Origin: a virus
Strand: one strand, 5' to 3'
DNA: 64,000 nt
Virus record (IMG/VR): IMGVR_UViG_3300004280_000281
Coordinates: 3,197 to 67,196 of that record
How positions within the stretch are numbered: position 1 is the first letter of the stretch; the number at the start of each line of letters is the position of its first letter. The notes under the pieces are model-generated. The model had not been told where the DNA came from and did not search any database. It worked only from the letters and a program-made list of their open reading frames with translations. Made by a program: the position numbers and the translations under genes. This document shows, in pieces, positions 63,936 through 64,000 of this stretch.

Positions 63936-64000
63936 TGGAGCCGGAGGTGAGATTTGAACTCACGACCTATCGCTTACAAGGCAATTGCTCTACCCCTGAG
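63936..64000 (-). tRNA. tRNA-Thr(UGU), 5' end beyond window
   Basis: Reverse complement ctcaggggtagagcaattgc-cttgtaa-gcgataggtcgtgagttcaaatctcacctccggctcca: D arm, anticodon TGT, T loop, encoded CCA. Confidence 0.93.

Noticed and set aside
1012-63957. Numerous 60-180 aa ORFs antisense to or nested within long genes
   Set aside because: Shadow ORFs with Ser/Leu/Phe-rich composition, no recognisable motifs, fully overlapping well-supported genes
1-64000. Stop-codon reassignment
   Set aside because: Conserved genes are full length in the standard code, and TAA, TAG and TGA all end genes that abut the next start

Overview
This window is a 64-kb segment of a large tailed dsDNA phage read in the standard genetic code, with two convergent arms. 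The + strand arm (1-20 kb) is a late virion module: tail chaperone, a 1666-aa tape measure, and several Ser-Gly-rich tail/baseplate/fibre proteins, preceded at several points by a repeated CGTATAAT(A) promoter-like motif. A hairpin-dense non-coding hub at about 19.05-19.62 kb, where the A/T strand bias flips, is an origin/terminus and small-RNA candidate. The - strand arm (20-64 kb) carries a ~10-kb glycan cluster (four glycosyltransferase-like genes, NeuB, NeuA-like, an aldolase-KdsB fusion, an RraA-like aldolase, two phosphatases). It also carries a bacterial-type replisome (DnaE, DnaB, primase, SSB, RecA, UvsY-like, Sak-like) and nucleotide/carbon enzymes (PurA, two deaminases, dNMP kinase, type II GAPDH, degenerate PEPCK). 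Envelope and proteostasis genes follow (ExbB-like triad, LepB, serine protease, holin, lipoprotein, MoxR/VWA, ClpP), and a tRNA-Thr(UGU) is cut by the window end. The leading hypothesis is a phage-encoded ulosonic-acid glycosylation system acting on Ser-Gly sites of exposed virion proteins. All calls are from motif recognition by eye; no searches were run.
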